NCBI GenBank assembly: GCA_963719315.1
Contig: CAVRBU010000002.1
Location: 1,504,001-1,568,000, forward strand
Length of the DNA stretch: 64,000 bases
Origin: an uncultured Planctomycetota bacterium
Lineage (GTDB): Bacteria > Planctomycetota > Planctomycetia > Pirellulales > Lacipirellulaceae
Direction: 5' to 3'
Shown here piece after piece: positions 8,994 to 20,700 of the stretch. Under the pieces are notes generated by a model. The model was not told the origin of the DNA and did not search any database. It saw only the letters and a list, made by a program, of their open reading frames with translations. A program made the translations under genes and the position numbers. Every line of letters starts with the position of its first letter. The first letter of the stretch is position 1.

Positions 8994-10409
8994 TTAAGCA
9001 TCCGCTGTAACGCGCTCGGCCGCTCGGCCGTCGGATTGCTTGGCGGGCTTTTCAGGCTCGCTCGCGATGTCGTCGCGCACATCGGCTGGGTGCCGTCGTC
9101 GCAGATAGAGTTTGATCGGCACCTCGTGGAACTCCAACTCGTCGCGGAACTTGCCCAATAGGTAGCGCTGATAGGGCTTCGATATTAGCGCAGGCTCGTT
9201 TACGAACAGCACGATTGTCGGCGGTTGGATGCCGACTTGAGTGGCATAGTAAATCTTCGGTTGACGGTTCTGGGCAGACGGCGGAGCGTTTTGCCGCACG
9301 GCTTCGCGGAGCATGCGATTGAGTTGCCCCGTCGTCACGCGCGCTCGCGACTGCTTGAACAACATTTGGCCGTGGTTGATGAGGGCCTTCATGTTCTTGC
9401 CCGTTTGGCCAGTGATAAACGCGATCGGCACATAGTGCATCGTGCCGAACGCATCCTGTAGGTAGCGAACCCATTTGCCGGTGGGCATTGTGTTCACCAA
9501 CTGGTCCCACTTGTTGACGACGAACACGCACGGCTTGAACTGCTGGGCGATGTAATCGCACAACTGCTTGTCGACTTTGCTGATTCGCTGCGTGGCGTCG
9601 AAGAACAGGAAGACAACGTCCGCCCGGCGGATGCTTCGCTGGGCGCGATGCGTGCCGTAGAAATCAATATCGGTCTGCCGGCTTTTTGCACGCCGGATGC
9701 CTGGAGTGTCGATCGCGACAAATGGTTTGCCGTCGAGCTCGAATCGCACGTCTACGCTGTCGCGTGTGGTGCCGGGCACCTCGCTCACGATCATCCGCGG
9801 GGCGCTCACAAGCGTGTTGATGAACGTGCTCTTACCGACATTCCGCCGACCGACGATCGCTACCCTCATCTCTGGTTCGATGGCGCCCTCCGCCGCTTCG
9901 TCCTCCAGCGGTGGTGGCAGCTTCGACACGATCATATTGAGAAGGACAGCGCGGTTGCGATTTTGCAACGTACTGATTCGCAGCGGCTTGCCGGCGCCGA
10001 GCCGGTAAAACTCGTCGGCCTGCAATTCAATTCGTTCGTCGTCGGCCTTGTTGGCGATCAAGATGATGGGCGCTTGCACAGATCGCAGCCGGCGAGCAAC
10101 TTCCTGATCGAGCGGCAACATTCCCTCGCGGGTGTCGACGACGAACAAAATAACGTCGGCCGAGTCGATCGCCAGGTTGATCTGGTCTTCGATGTGGCGC
10201 GTTAAATTGTCCATGTCGGCGATGCCCATGCCGCCCGTGTCGACGAGCTCAAAGAAGCGGTCGTCGTGGCACATCAGGTGCGTGAGACGATCGCGCGTGA
10301 CGCCCGGATGGTCGTCGACAACGGCGATTCGTACCCCGGCGAGCCAATTCAGCACGCTGCTCTTGCCGACGTTGGGGCGGCCGACGATAACGACTTGAGG
10401 TACGCTCAT
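8994..10409 (-). CDS. der: Ribosome biogenesis GTPase Der (EngA)
   Basis: Two GTPase domains (GRPNVGKS/DTGG/NKAD and GRRNVGKS/DTPG/NKWD) plus a KH-like C-terminus. Confidence 0.97.
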   Translation of the reverse strand: MSVPQVVIVGRPNVGKSSVLNWLAGVRIAVVDDHPGVTRDRLTHLMCHDDRFFELVDTGGMGIADMDNLTRHIEDQINLAIDSADVILFVVDTREGMLPLDQEVARRLRSVQAPIILIANKADDERIELQADEFYRLGAGKPLRISTLQNRNRAVLLNMIVSKLPPPLEDEAAEGAIEPEMRVAIVGRRNVGKSTFINTLVSAPRMIVSEVPGTTRDSVDVRFELDGKPFVAIDTPGIRRAKSRQTDIDFYGTHRAQRSIRRADVVFLFFDATQRISKVDKQLCDYIAQQFKPCVFVVNKWDQLVNTMPTGKWVRYLQDAFGTMHYVPIAFITGQTGKNMKALINHGQMLFKQSRARVTTGQLNRMLREAVRQNAPPSAQNRQPKIYYATQVGIQPPTIVLFVNEPALISKPYQRYLLGKFRDELEFHEVPIKLYLRRRHPADVRDDIASEPEKPAKQSDGRAAERVTADA

Positions 10410-10811
10410 ATGAACACGTTCTCAATGCGCTCAACGCGTGGAGCGATTCAGACGCCGGCTCAGCGCGATGGCATCAACCCTTCGTCGGCCGGATACGGCC
10501 TCCCACAGCCTTCAGACGTTCGGCTCGGCGAAGTAGCGGGTGGAACCGCCCACCTGGTCCCTGAGGAAGTTCCTTGCTCCTCAGGAACTATCATACTTGA
10601 GCGCGGGGCAGGGGAGTAGCCGCCAGCGGCCAGCCGAAATACGAAGGTGATTGCACAGCAATCGGTTGCGACCGCGAAAATCTTGCGCGGCCGCCCCTTT
10701 GCTGCGGGGACAACTTGCCTACACTGGCAGCACAGTGCGTCAGGTCTTCCGGCCTGAAATAAGCCCTTTTCGTCGGGCTTGCACGCCCGACCGCGGATAG
10801 TTTGCCCCATC

Positions 10812-11643
10812 ATGCACTTAAACAGCCGACAACGACTGCGTCGCGATATTGCGGACCATTTGGAAAGCCTGCACCAGGCCGGAGTGCTGCAATTGCCAAA
10901 ACCAAGTAAATCCGCATCTATGATAGGTGAGCCAGTTGCCGCAATGAATGAATCGACTGCGATTGGTCCGGCGACGATGACAACGGAGGCTGGATTCTCA
11001 ATGCCCAAGAAAACTACTTGGCGGCCACAGAATCCAAAGTCGCTATTCGAAGTGCCGGGTGTCGGCCCGCAGCAGGGGGCTGCATCGCGCCGTCGTTGGA
11101 GGTTCTTCAACAGCAAGTAGCCGTATGTACGCGCTGCAGTGAGTTAGCAAGCACGCGCACTCAAACCGTGTTTGGCGCGGGTGATCCAAACGCCCGATTG
11201 TGCTTATTGGGGGAAGCGCCGGCGCGGACGAAGATAGAACCGGCATTCCATTCGTCGGCCGCGGCGGCCAACTACTCACGAAAATCATTGAAGCATGCCA
11301 ACTGAAGCGGGAGGACGTTTACATCCTGAACATGCTCAAGTGTCGGCCGCCCGGAAATCGCAACCCGCTGCCAAACGAGCTTGCCAATTGCCGCGGTTAT
11401 CTCGAAAATCAACTCGATCTCATTCGGCCGGAGTTCATCTGCTGCCTCGGCGCCGTGGCTTCCAAAAATCTGCTGGGAACCAGCGTGTCGATCGGCAAGC
11501 TCCGAGGCAAGGTTCATTTGTTTCGTGGCGTGAAAGTCGTGTGCACATATCATCCCGCATTTCTGCTTCGTAGCCCGTCGTTCAAAAAGGAAACCTGGGA
11601 GGATATGAAGCTACTAATGCGCGAGATGGGCGTTGAACTATAG
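10812..11643 (+). CDS. Uracil-DNA glycosylase family 4, split by apparent frameshifts near 11090 and 11220
   Basis: CTRCSEL..RTQTVFG.G..GEAP|GADED..G.PFVG, KCRPPGNRNP and TYHPAFLLR are spread over three frames. Confidence 0.85.
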
Positions 11644-11709
11644 GCCAGACTGTGACGGACGCAGCCGCCAATTCGTCAGGTAAAGCATGACCTATACGCT
11701 TACGAAACC

Positions 11710-13017
11710 ATGTTTTGGGAAATCCTTTTCATCCTGATCTTGATTCTGGCAAACGGCTTGTTCGCCGCGGCAGAGATCTCTTTCATTGCCGCCCGCAAAG
11801 GCCGACTCGAGCAGCGCGCCGAAGAGGGCAGCCGGAACGCGATGTGGGCGCTCGAATTGGCCCGCAATCCGGACTTGTTCCTGCCGATCGCTCAAATCGG
11901 CATGACACTTGTCGGCGCGTTGGCCGCTGCGTACGGCGGTCATCAGATCGTGGAAGAAATCAGTGCCGCATTTGCTAAATCGAATTGGCCGGTGATTTCC
12001 CAACATGCGGACGGTGCCGCACTTGGCCTGTTCGTCGTCTGTTACACCTATGCCACGCTCATCCTTGGTGAACTCGTTCCCAAACGAGTGTCTTTGCACC
12101 GGGCCGAAGGATTGGCTATTTTCCTGGCCCCCTTCGTGCATTTCATTTCGGTGGCGGCCCGGCCGTTCGTCTGGTTTATGGGGCTATCCACCAGCACGGT
12201 CTTATGGGCCCTGCGGCTGCACTCGACAGGCGAGCCTTCCGTTTCATTGGACGACATTGAGCACATGATCGATACTGGCACCGAAGAAGGTCTCGTCGAG
12301 CCGCTCGAAAAGAGACTGGCTCTCGGCGCACTTCGCCTCGGCGACCGCACCGTCCGCGACATCATGCGGCCACGCATCGACCTGGATGCGATGGATGTCG
12401 ATACTCCGGCCGACGAAATCCTTGGCACCGTGGCGATGGCCGGATTCTCGCGCCTGCCCGTGTACGAGGGCGATCTCGATCACGTGATCGGCTTCGTACA
12501 CATCAAGGACTTGTTCCGACAGCAATACCTGGGCTGGGCCATCGAACTTCGGAAGCTAATGCACCCCGCGCTGTTCGTGCCGGAAAACATGGCGCTCGAC
12601 CGAGTGCTCGAATTGTTTCAAGAAAAGCATAACCAACTAGCGATCGTGCTCAATGAATACGGCGGCACCGAGGGCATGATCACGCTCGAAGATGTCGTAG
12701 AAGAGATCGTCGGTGAGATGCGCGACGAGCACCGCCGGAACGACGAGCAAAAATTCGTCCAGCGCGACGACAAGTCCTGGCTCATCGATGGCGCCGTAAG
12801 CGTTGCCGACATGGTCGATCGCCTCGAGCTTAACCCCACAGACTCCTGGGAAGGCCGCGGTTTCAGCACAATCGCCGGACTGATTCTCGATCGCCTCGGC
12901 CACATCCCGTCGATAGGCGACAAGGCTGAATGGGACAGCCTGCAACTCGAAGTCGTCGATATGGACGGCCAACGCATCGACCGAGTGCTGGTGACCGAAA
13001 AGGCAGAGGGAAACTGA
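11710..13017 (+). CDS. HlyC/CorC (CNNM-CBS-CorC) hemolysin-family transporter
   Basis: NGLFAAAEISF, GELVPK, FSRLPVY, EYGG..G.ITLED..EEIVGE and C-terminal CorC motifs. Confidence 0.93.
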   Translation: MFWEILFILILILANGLFAAAEISFIAARKGRLEQRAEEGSRNAMWALELARNPDLFLPIAQIGMTLVGALAAAYGGHQIVEEISAAFAKSNWPVISQHADGAALGLFVVCYTYATLILGELVPKRVSLHRAEGLAIFLAPFVHFISVAARPFVWFMGLSTSTVLWALRLHSTGEPSVSLDDIEHMIDTGTEEGLVEPLEKRLALGALRLGDRTVRDIMRPRIDLDAMDVDTPADEILGTVAMAGFSRLPVYEGDLDHVIGFVHIKDLFRQQYLGWAIELRKLMHPALFVPENMALDRVLELFQEKHNQLAIVLNEYGGTEGMITLEDVVEEIVGEMRDEHRRNDEQKFVQRDDKSWLIDGAVSVADMVDRLELNPTDSWEGRGFSTIAGLILDRLGHIPSIGDKAEWDSLQLEVVDMDGQRIDRVLVTEKAEGN

Positions 13018-13344
13018 GCTTCGATCATTTCGCTTCATGGCAAACCGCACGCCAATAGGCCTCCCGTCCACGCTCCTCATCCTCCTTCCCCGATTGCAAT
13101 CGTCCGACTTTAACGAATACGCAGACTCTCTGGCACGACCTTGCCGTGTATGCTGGTCGTGATTCTGCCAGCATAAAAACTCCTGCTTCCCGCAGTGACC
13201 AAACGCTTTTAGTCTCTGTCGCCAGTTGCTAAAGTCAAGATTCCGGAATACATGTCGGCCGATCACAGCGCGTTCTCGAGCTGCGGCCCGGCAGACGAGC
13301 AATTACCCTCTCGTCCCTGCACAATTCGGTTTCAACTCGCATTC

Positions 13345-13914
13345 ATGTTCGTCCCCGAATCCCCCAAGTCGGATGAAGTCGATCACTTGCTGCGCAATGC
13401 TCAGCTTCGCGATGAGTTGGAGCCGCTGTTCGATGAATCGATCGATCGCGTTAATCCGACCGCGATGAGTACTCGCAGCGAGAACGAGTTTCTCGAATCG
13501 ATGCTCGAGTGGGAGCGGGCTCCAATGCTGCCGATCAGCCAGTGGTTCGATCCGCCACTCGCGCTGCCGCACCCCGACCGGCTCGGGCAGCATCAACTCT
13601 CGCTCATCTTGCGAGCGACGATCGATAAGCTGTTCGAAAAACGCGTCGTCCTCGATTTCACCGATCATCTGAGCGACTACCAGCTCTATGGCCTGATCTT
13701 CCGCGATATTTTGCCCTCGCACGAAAAGAAACTCGAGCGCCGCACGAGCTATTTGCATTGGGATTGTGCGAACATCGAAGAGAACCCGGACATCTGGCTC
13801 CGATACTACGCAACGCCCGCTGAGCGAACGATGTGGGCCGAGGAGTACGACCAGCCGCTGCCGCCGCACGATGAGCCGCCGTTCAAGCGCCAAGTGCCGA
13901 GGGCGCCGCTTTAG
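13345..13914 (+). CDS. Conserved hypothetical protein (planctomycete type)
   Basis: Long ORF with GC-biased codon use; LDFTDHLSDYQLY and WLRYYA motifs. Confidence 0.7.
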   Translation: MFVPESPKSDEVDHLLRNAQLRDELEPLFDESIDRVNPTAMSTRSENEFLESMLEWERAPMLPISQWFDPPLALPHPDRLGQHQLSLILRATIDKLFEKRVVLDFTDHLSDYQLYGLIFRDILPSHEKKLERRTSYLHWDCANIEENPDIWLRYYATPAERTMWAEEYDQPLPPHDEPPFKRQVPRAPL

Positions 13915-13936
13915 CCGCTAGCGGCTAAGCGCCGTT

Positions 13937-15112
13937 TCACAACATCTCTGGCCACATCGCGTCGCACACGAACAGGCCTTCGCGCGTGAGCCGTATCCAA
14001 TCGCCGTCATCGGCCAACAAACCCAGGTCGATGAACTTCTTTAACGGCACGCCCACGATTTCATTCAACTCAAAGGCAGTGCGCTGCCGAAAATCACTTC
14101 GCGACACACCGCCAATTCGCCGCAAGCCGAACACCAACAGCTCGCGGGCCCGCCCTTCCACCGATAACTCCTCCCGTTCTGCTACGGGCGATTCACCCTG
14201 GAGCACATGTTTTAAGTACGCGGTGGTGCTGCGGAGGTTTTTTTCGCGAACGCCGTTAACGTACCGAGCTGCACCGGGGCCGGCGGCGAAGTAGCCGTCG
14301 CCCGACCAATAGACTTGGTTATGCCGCGACCGACGGCCGGGCTGCGCGAAATTCGAGATTTCGTAATGCTCATAGCCGGCTTCCGTCAAGCCATCGATCG
14401 CCGTAGCATACATGTCTCGCTGCAAATCTTCGTCGGGCTCAAGAAGCTCACTTCGCGATTTCCGATTCCAAAACTCGGTGCCCTGTTCGAACGTCAGACC
14501 GTAAGTCGAAACATGGTCCGGCTCGAGCGAGATAGCCGCATCCAAGTCGGCCTTCCATTGCGCGAGCGTTTCTCCCGGCGTCGCGAAGATGAGATCGAGC
14601 GACACCTCCATACCGCCGTCTTTCGCCCATCGCACCGCCCTCTCGATATCGGCATCTCTATGATCGCGCTCCAACAGCCGCAGCTTATCGGCTCGAAACG
14701 ATTGCCCACCCAAACTCAGACGGGTGACGCCAAGCTCAATGAGCGTGTCGATCGTCGCCTGGTTGATATCCGCCGGGTTCGCTTCAACCGTCCATTCGTA
14801 ACCGCTCGACAGTGGATGCCACTTCAAAACGGCTGTCGCCAACTGTCGAAACTGATCTGGTGACAAATGTGTGGGCGTCCCGCCGCCAAAATACAGCGTA
14901 TCGACGACGCGCGGAGTCTCCAGCGTGTTCAACTCCAATTCAATTGCCTGCAGATAGTCGCCAATCAAATCATCGCGCCCGGCGACCAGCGTGAAGTTGC
15001 AATAGCCGCAGCGATGCCGGCAAAACGGCACGTGGATGTACGCTGCCCGAGGCCGTGCATGAACGGCCGGCTGTGCCTCGTTGTTAGATTCGTCGGTCAA
15101 CGATCCGCTCAT
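13937..15112 (-). CDS. hemW: Radical SAM heme chaperone HemW
   Basis: YIHVPFCRHRCGYCNF, YFGGGTP, YEISNFA and HNQVYW motifs. Confidence 0.92.
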   Translation of the reverse strand: MSGSLTDESNNEAQPAVHARPRAAYIHVPFCRHRCGYCNFTLVAGRDDLIGDYLQAIELELNTLETPRVVDTLYFGGGTPTHLSPDQFRQLATAVLKWHPLSSGYEWTVEANPADINQATIDTLIELGVTRLSLGGQSFRADKLRLLERDHRDADIERAVRWAKDGGMEVSLDLIFATPGETLAQWKADLDAAISLEPDHVSTYGLTFEQGTEFWNRKSRSELLEPDEDLQRDMYATAIDGLTEAGYEHYEISNFAQPGRRSRHNQVYWSGDGYFAAGPGAARYVNGVREKNLRSTTAYLKHVLQGESPVAEREELSVEGRARELLVFGLRRIGGVSRSDFRQRTAFELNEIVGVPLKKFIDLGLLADDGDWIRLTREGLFVCDAMWPEML

Positions 15113-15174
15113 CCGTTCGATTCTACGAATCGGCCGCTTCCTCTGCTATGATCGGGCGACCGGAGACCACCCCC

Positions 15175-17226
15175 ATGCACGAAGCGCACGAATTCCTCGA
15201 AACATTAGCCATCGTGCTTTGTACCGCCGCCGTCACGACTGTTTTATTCCAGCGTTTGAAGCAGCCGGTTGTGCTCGGCTATCTGCTCGCTGGAATGCTT
15301 GTGGGGCCGCGCGTGCCCGTTCCATTTGAAGCCCAGGCCGATGTCGTCGGCAACCTTGCGGAACTCGGCGTCATACTGCTGATGTTTTCCCTCGGGCTGG
15401 AATTCAGTCTGTCGAAGCTGCTTCGCGTCGGACCCACAGCGGGGTTTGTGGCCGTAATTCAATGCAGCTTGTTGCTCTGGCTCGGTTACACGGTAGGGCA
15501 GCTCTTCGGCTGGTCCAAGTTGGTCAGCTTTTACGCCGGCGCCGTGGTCTGCATCCCCAGTACGACCATTGTCGTCAAGGCCTTCCAAGAGGAAGGAATC
15601 GTGGGCGAATTCAAGCACCTCGTTTACGGCATCCTCATCGTGGAAGACTTGATTGCCATTCTGCTAATTACGATTCTTATCCCCATTTCCAGCGGCGAAG
15701 AACTGACTGCCCTGGAACTCGCCACGACTGCCGGCCGACTGGCTGCGTTTCTCGTTGCGCTCATCGTCGTGGGGATGCTGACCGTTCCTCGCTTGATTCG
15801 ACTTGTCGTGCGGCTCGATCGGGCGGAGACGACCGTTGTTGCCAGCGTCGGTCTTGCGTTTGGGCTGGCGTTGCTGGCGCGATTGTTCAATTACTCGGTG
15901 GCACTCGGAGCGTTTCTCGCCGGAGCGCTCGTTGCCGAGTCGGGCGTCGAAAGGAAGGTCGAGCACCTCGTGCAACCCGTGCGCGATATATTCGCCGCGA
16001 TCTTCTTTGTTTCTGTCGGCATGTTGATCGACCCGGCCCAAATCATGTCCCACTGGCCGATCGTCGCCACGTTTCTTGCGATTGTCGTGTTGGGCAATAT
16101 CTTCGCCGTCACAGTGGGCTCATTCTTGATCGGCGAGAGTATCCAGAACGCGCTGAAAACCGGCATGAGTCTGGCTCAAATCGGTGAGTTCTCGTTCATT
16201 ATCGCCGGCGTCGGCATCGCCACCGGCGCGACCGACAACCTGCTGTATTCGGTGGCCGTTGCCGTTTCGGGCATCACGACGCTGCTGACGCCCTGGTTGA
16301 TCCGAGCCGCCGAACCCACTGCCGCCTGGGTCGATCGCAAGCTACCCCGCTCGCTGCAAACCTTTGCCGCACTGTACTCCTCGTGGCTGGAGCAGTTGAG
16401 TTCACGGCGGGCAGAGGGTGACTCTGCCACAGTTCGCCGCTCGATCCGCTGGCTGATTGTCGATGCGGTTGTCGCCGCCGCCATCGTGATTGGCGCTTCC
16501 GTCGAGATGGAACGAATCACCGATTGGATCGCGTCCCACTGGCGTCTGCCTGAATCAAACACGCGACTGGCCGTCATCGCTGGAGCGGCCGCGCTTTCGG
16601 CGCCGTTTTGGGTGGGGGCGATTCGCGTTGCCCGTTACTTGGGCTTCGAGCTCGCGACGCGCGTGTTTCCGGCCGCCGGGGGCCAGCAGCTCGATTTGGC
16701 CGCCGCCCCGCGGCGACTGCTCACGGTCACGCTACAGTTGGCGATCGTACTCGCCGTTGGCATTCCGCTCGTGGCACTCACGCAGCCATTTGTGCCGCCG
16801 TTACGCGGTGCCGCCGTGCTGCTGCTCGTAATTGCAATGTTGGCCGTCGTCTTCTGGCGCCGCGCAGCCAACCTTCAAGGCCACGCCCGGGCCGGCGCCC
16901 AGGCGCTGGCCGACACGTTGGTCCGGCAAATGCACACCGGCCGTTCCGCGGGCTTGGAACACTCACTGGACGATGCCAACCGCATTCTCACCGGCCTGGG
17001 GTCGCCGACACCCGTCGAAATTCGCCCTGGCAACCCGAATGTAGGAAAAACGCTCGCCGAGATCAAACTCCGCGGCCTGACCGGCGCAACCGTGCTGGCC
17101 ATTCAACGCGGCGACGAGTCGGTAATCATTCCCAGCGGCCACGACCGCCTCGAAGCTGGCGACATCCTCGCACTCGCCGGCACGCACGAGGCTGTGGAAG
17201 CTGCCAAAGAACTTCTGACTGCCTAA
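15175..17226 (+). CDS. CPA2 cation:proton antiporter with a C-terminal TrkA-C domain
   Basis: LMFSLGLEFS, GILIVEDL, ALGAFLAG, FFVSVGM and QIGEFSFII motifs; C-terminal VLAIQRG..IPSG..LEAGD. Confidence 0.92.
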   Translation: MHEAHEFLETLAIVLCTAAVTTVLFQRLKQPVVLGYLLAGMLVGPRVPVPFEAQADVVGNLAELGVILLMFSLGLEFSLSKLLRVGPTAGFVAVIQCSLLLWLGYTVGQLFGWSKLVSFYAGAVVCIPSTTIVVKAFQEEGIVGEFKHLVYGILIVEDLIAILLITILIPISSGEELTALELATTAGRLAAFLVALIVVGMLTVPRLIRLVVRLDRAETTVVASVGLAFGLALLARLFNYSVALGAFLAGALVAESGVERKVEHLVQPVRDIFAAIFFVSVGMLIDPAQIMSHWPIVATFLAIVVLGNIFAVTVGSFLIGESIQNALKTGMSLAQIGEFSFIIAGVGIATGATDNLLYSVAVAVSGITTLLTPWLIRAAEPTAAWVDRKLPRSLQTFAALYSSWLEQLSSRRAEGDSATVRRSIRWLIVDAVVAAAIVIGASVEMERITDWIASHWRLPESNTRLAVIAGAAALSAPFWVGAIRVARYLGFELATRVFPAAGGQQLDLAAAPRRLLTVTLQLAIVLAVGIPLVALTQPFVPPLRGAAVLLLVIAMLAVVFWRRAANLQGHARAGAQALADTLVRQMHTGRSAGLEHSLDDANRILTGLGSPTPVEIRPGNPNVGKTLAEIKLRGLTGATVLAIQRGDESVIIPSGHDRLEAGDILALAGTHEAVEAAKELLTA

Positions 17227-17780
17227 AGGGATTGCACACAAAGATAGCTCCCTTCTGCTGGTAGCGACGATCCATCCCGGCCCGAACTTTGGTCGACACC
17301 GAAAATGTTTCTGGAAGGAACGCCCATTCACGAACATATCGCGAAGGGCCATTCGAGTGACCTGACAGCGAAGCGGAGAATCTTTGATTGCAAATGGTAC
17401 TCGGCCGCTCAGAACTCCCCTGAAATACTTGGAACCGACAAACTTGCCTGCCAGAATGCACGCTTCTTTCCAATTGCAATCTCCTTGTATGAAATCGAGT
17501 TCATCAAGCAGCAGGACGTTGACTCGAAAAGAACGGCACAGTAGCAAGCACGTGTGAAAATCGGATTGACCCTCGTTCAGACAAAAGCAGCCAATGACTT
17601 GAGTGGAAGTGGTGAATATACTAAATGGCCGGGCATCGAATGGCAGGTATCTTACCCACCCCGCCTCCACAACGTGCAACGTCACAAGTAGGTTGAACAG
17701 TGACCAATCCTGGTAATTGCGATTGATCTCGGTCCTCTGTTGTGGCGAACGCGCATCTCGCCTCTGAACTTCGACCTCAC

Positions 17781-20700
17781 ATGGTTCGCATCATGATTCT
17801 TCGGTCCTACGTTCAATGGAATTCTTTCGCGATCGCCCAACGCCGGGTGCGAATCGCCGTTTGTATTTGTCTCGTCGCTTCCGCAGCCTTCGCCGCCGAA
17901 TCGTCAAAGGAGCAAAGCTGGACGCCCCTATTCAACGGCCGCAATCTTGACGGTTGGTACAAGTACCTGGATCGCATCGGCAAGAATAGTGATCCGAATC
18001 ACGTGTTTCAAATCGAGGATGGCGCGATTCACGTGTACAAGGATCAAACTGCCGACAAGGCCGCCACAAAGGGGTACTTCGCCACGGACGCGAATTACTC
18101 GTACTACCACCTGCGATTCCAATACAAATGGGGAACCAAGAAGTTCCCTCCTCGAACTGAGACAAAGCGCGATGCCGGATTGATTTACCACGTCACAGGG
18201 CCAGATGTCGTCTGGCCGCGGTGCCTCGAATGCCAGGTACAAGAGGGAGACGTTGGCGATTGCTTTCTGGTCCATGGGGCACAGGTGGAAGCGTCGATCC
18301 TCCCCAATCCGGTTGTCAAGGACCAATATCAGTGCCGCCCTGCCAACGAAGGCGGCGTTGAGAAGACGGTCAGCAGCTTGCGCACAACGCGACTCATCAA
18401 GGAAGGCATGTTCGAAGTGGATGGTTGGAACACCGTGGAAGTGATCGTTCACGGCGACGAAGAAACCATGCACATAGTCAATGGACACCCGGTATTTCAC
18501 GCCAAGAAACTCGCCAGGCTTGGCGCGGACAATAATAGCTGGGAACCGCTTCCGGCAGGACATATTGCTTTCCAAGCCGAGTACGCCGAAGTGTATTATC
18601 GAAACATCGAAATCCAGCCAATCACAGGCGGGCCTTTGCACCCAGCGGCGAGCGAGAAGGAGACCTCGGCCAAAGCTGCAATTTCTGCCCTGCCCACGAC
18701 AGCAAACAGTCCAGTTGCCCATCTGCCTATAGTCCCCGAGGGGTTCGAGATTTCGCTTGCCGCTGCGCCGCCGTTGGTGGAGTATCCAACGCTGGCTTGT
18801 TTCGACGATCAGGGCCGGCTATACGTCAGCGAAGGTGCCAACATCAACGACCCTTACGATGTGCTCGCCAAGACCTTGCCGCGATCGATTCGCCGGCTCG
18901 AGGATACCGACGGCGACGGCGTGTTCGATCGATCCACCGTGTTTGCCGATAAAATGACCTTTCCTTATGGTGGCGTGTGGCACGATGGTGCGCTCTACGT
19001 GGCTTCCGATCCCACGCTGTGGCGCCTTGAAGACACCGATGGCGACGGAGTGGCCGATATGCGAGAAGTCGTAATTACTGGATTTGAATCGGGCGGACAC
19101 GCTTCCTGCATGAAAGGCGGTTTCCTCGGGCCCGACGGCTGGATTTATTTCTGCGGCGGCAACGAGGGTGCGGGCTACGATCTGAAAGATCGCAGCGGCA
19201 CGCGATTGCACGAACCACATGCCGCCCCTTGCGTCTTTCGAATTCGACCCGATGGCACGGGGTTGGAGTTCTTCGCCAACGGTGCGGCCGGTGTCTACGA
19301 CCTGACGTTCGATCCCAGCGGCGATCTGTTCGGCGTCGTTACGATCTTACATTATCCACGCGGCGATGGCTTGATGCATTGGGTGTACGGCGCCTATCAA
19401 TCCAGTTGTCCCCGCTCAAGTTTTGCGCGGCTGACCGGCGACCTTCTGCCCGCGCTGCACGAGTGGCCTCAATCGTCTCCGTCTGGTGCCGTGTTGTATC
19501 AAAGCGGCGCGTTCGGCAAGGAGTACCGCGGCAACATCTTCGCGGCCCATTTCGGCACGCACGTGGTCACGCGTAACGTCATTCACCGCGAGGGCGCGAC
19601 CTGGCGCATGGACCAGGAGGATAATTTCGTGCAGAGCGACAATTTGAACTTCCGTTTTACCGACGTGCTCGAAGACGCCGATGGTAGCTTACTCGTCGTG
19701 AATACGGGCGGCTGGTTTCGCATCGGCTGCCCGACTTCCGAAGTGGATGAAGGCGATCTGCGCGGCGCGATTTACCGGGTCCGCAAGAAAGACCAACATC
19801 AACTGGCGGACCCGCGCGGTTTGAAAATCGGCTGGAAGCAACTTACCGACGCGGAATTGGCCAAACTCTTGGGTGATCAACGTTTCGTCGTCAGAGAGCG
19901 GGCGACCGCGGAATTTGCCCTCCGCGGTCCAGCGAGTGTGCCGGCCTTGCGGTCGGCCCTGCATAGCGAATCCTCAGAGTTGCGCCTTAATGCGGTCTGG
20001 GCGCTCACGCGCATCGACCATGCCGAAGCCCGGGCAGCTGTCCGCGAGTCGCTCTCCGACCCGGAGCTCACCAACATGCTTGCCGCGCTACACAGCGTCG
20101 GCATTTGGCGCGACCAGGCGGCGTTCGATCGGCTGGTCGAACTGTTGAAATCCAACGAGCCGGCGATCCGCCGCGAAGCGGCCACGTCGCTGGGCCGCCT
20201 CGGTAACTCCGCCTGCGTACCGGCTCTGCTTGAACCGCTGGCCACCACGTCAGACCGCTACCTGGAACAAGCACTTATCTTTGCGATGATCGAAATCGAC
20301 GCGCGCGAACCCGTACTTGCCGGGCTACACGGCAGCAATCCGAAGATCCAACGCGGGACGCTCATTGCCCTGGATCAAATGTCGCACGGAGCCCTCACGG
20401 AAGTGGATGTGGCGCCTTTGCTGCGCTCAGAAGACCTCCCGCTTCAAAAAGCGGCGTTGGACGTTGTCGCCCGCCACGCGGGTTGGACTAAAGGCGTAGC
20501 CGAGTTTCTCAACGAACGGCTCACAGGGCCCGCGCTGTCACCGGAACAAGGAGAATTGGTGTCGGCTGCGTTGCATAGCGCCATCGGCGATCGGTCGGTG
20601 CAGCAGCTCGTCGGCGCAATGCTAGAAAATGCAAACTCGCCAACCGACTCCCAGTTGCTGTTGCTCGAAGCGATCGGCCGCAGCCGATTGAAAAAACTGC

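Noticed and set aside
10560..10582. GAGGAAGTTCC resembling RNase P RNA conserved region I
   Set aside because: It is locked in a local hairpin, and none of the other RNase P conserved regions follow.
10608..10700. GGGGAGTAGC resembling the yybP-ykoY (Mn2+) riboswitch start
   Set aside because: The downstream conserved elements (CGTC..AC loop, GGCGAGACC) are not recognisable, and the next gene is UDG, not a metal transporter.
17230..17740. AT-richer region with 79-240 aa ORFs
   Set aside because: No recognisable family; probably intergenic or decayed sequence.
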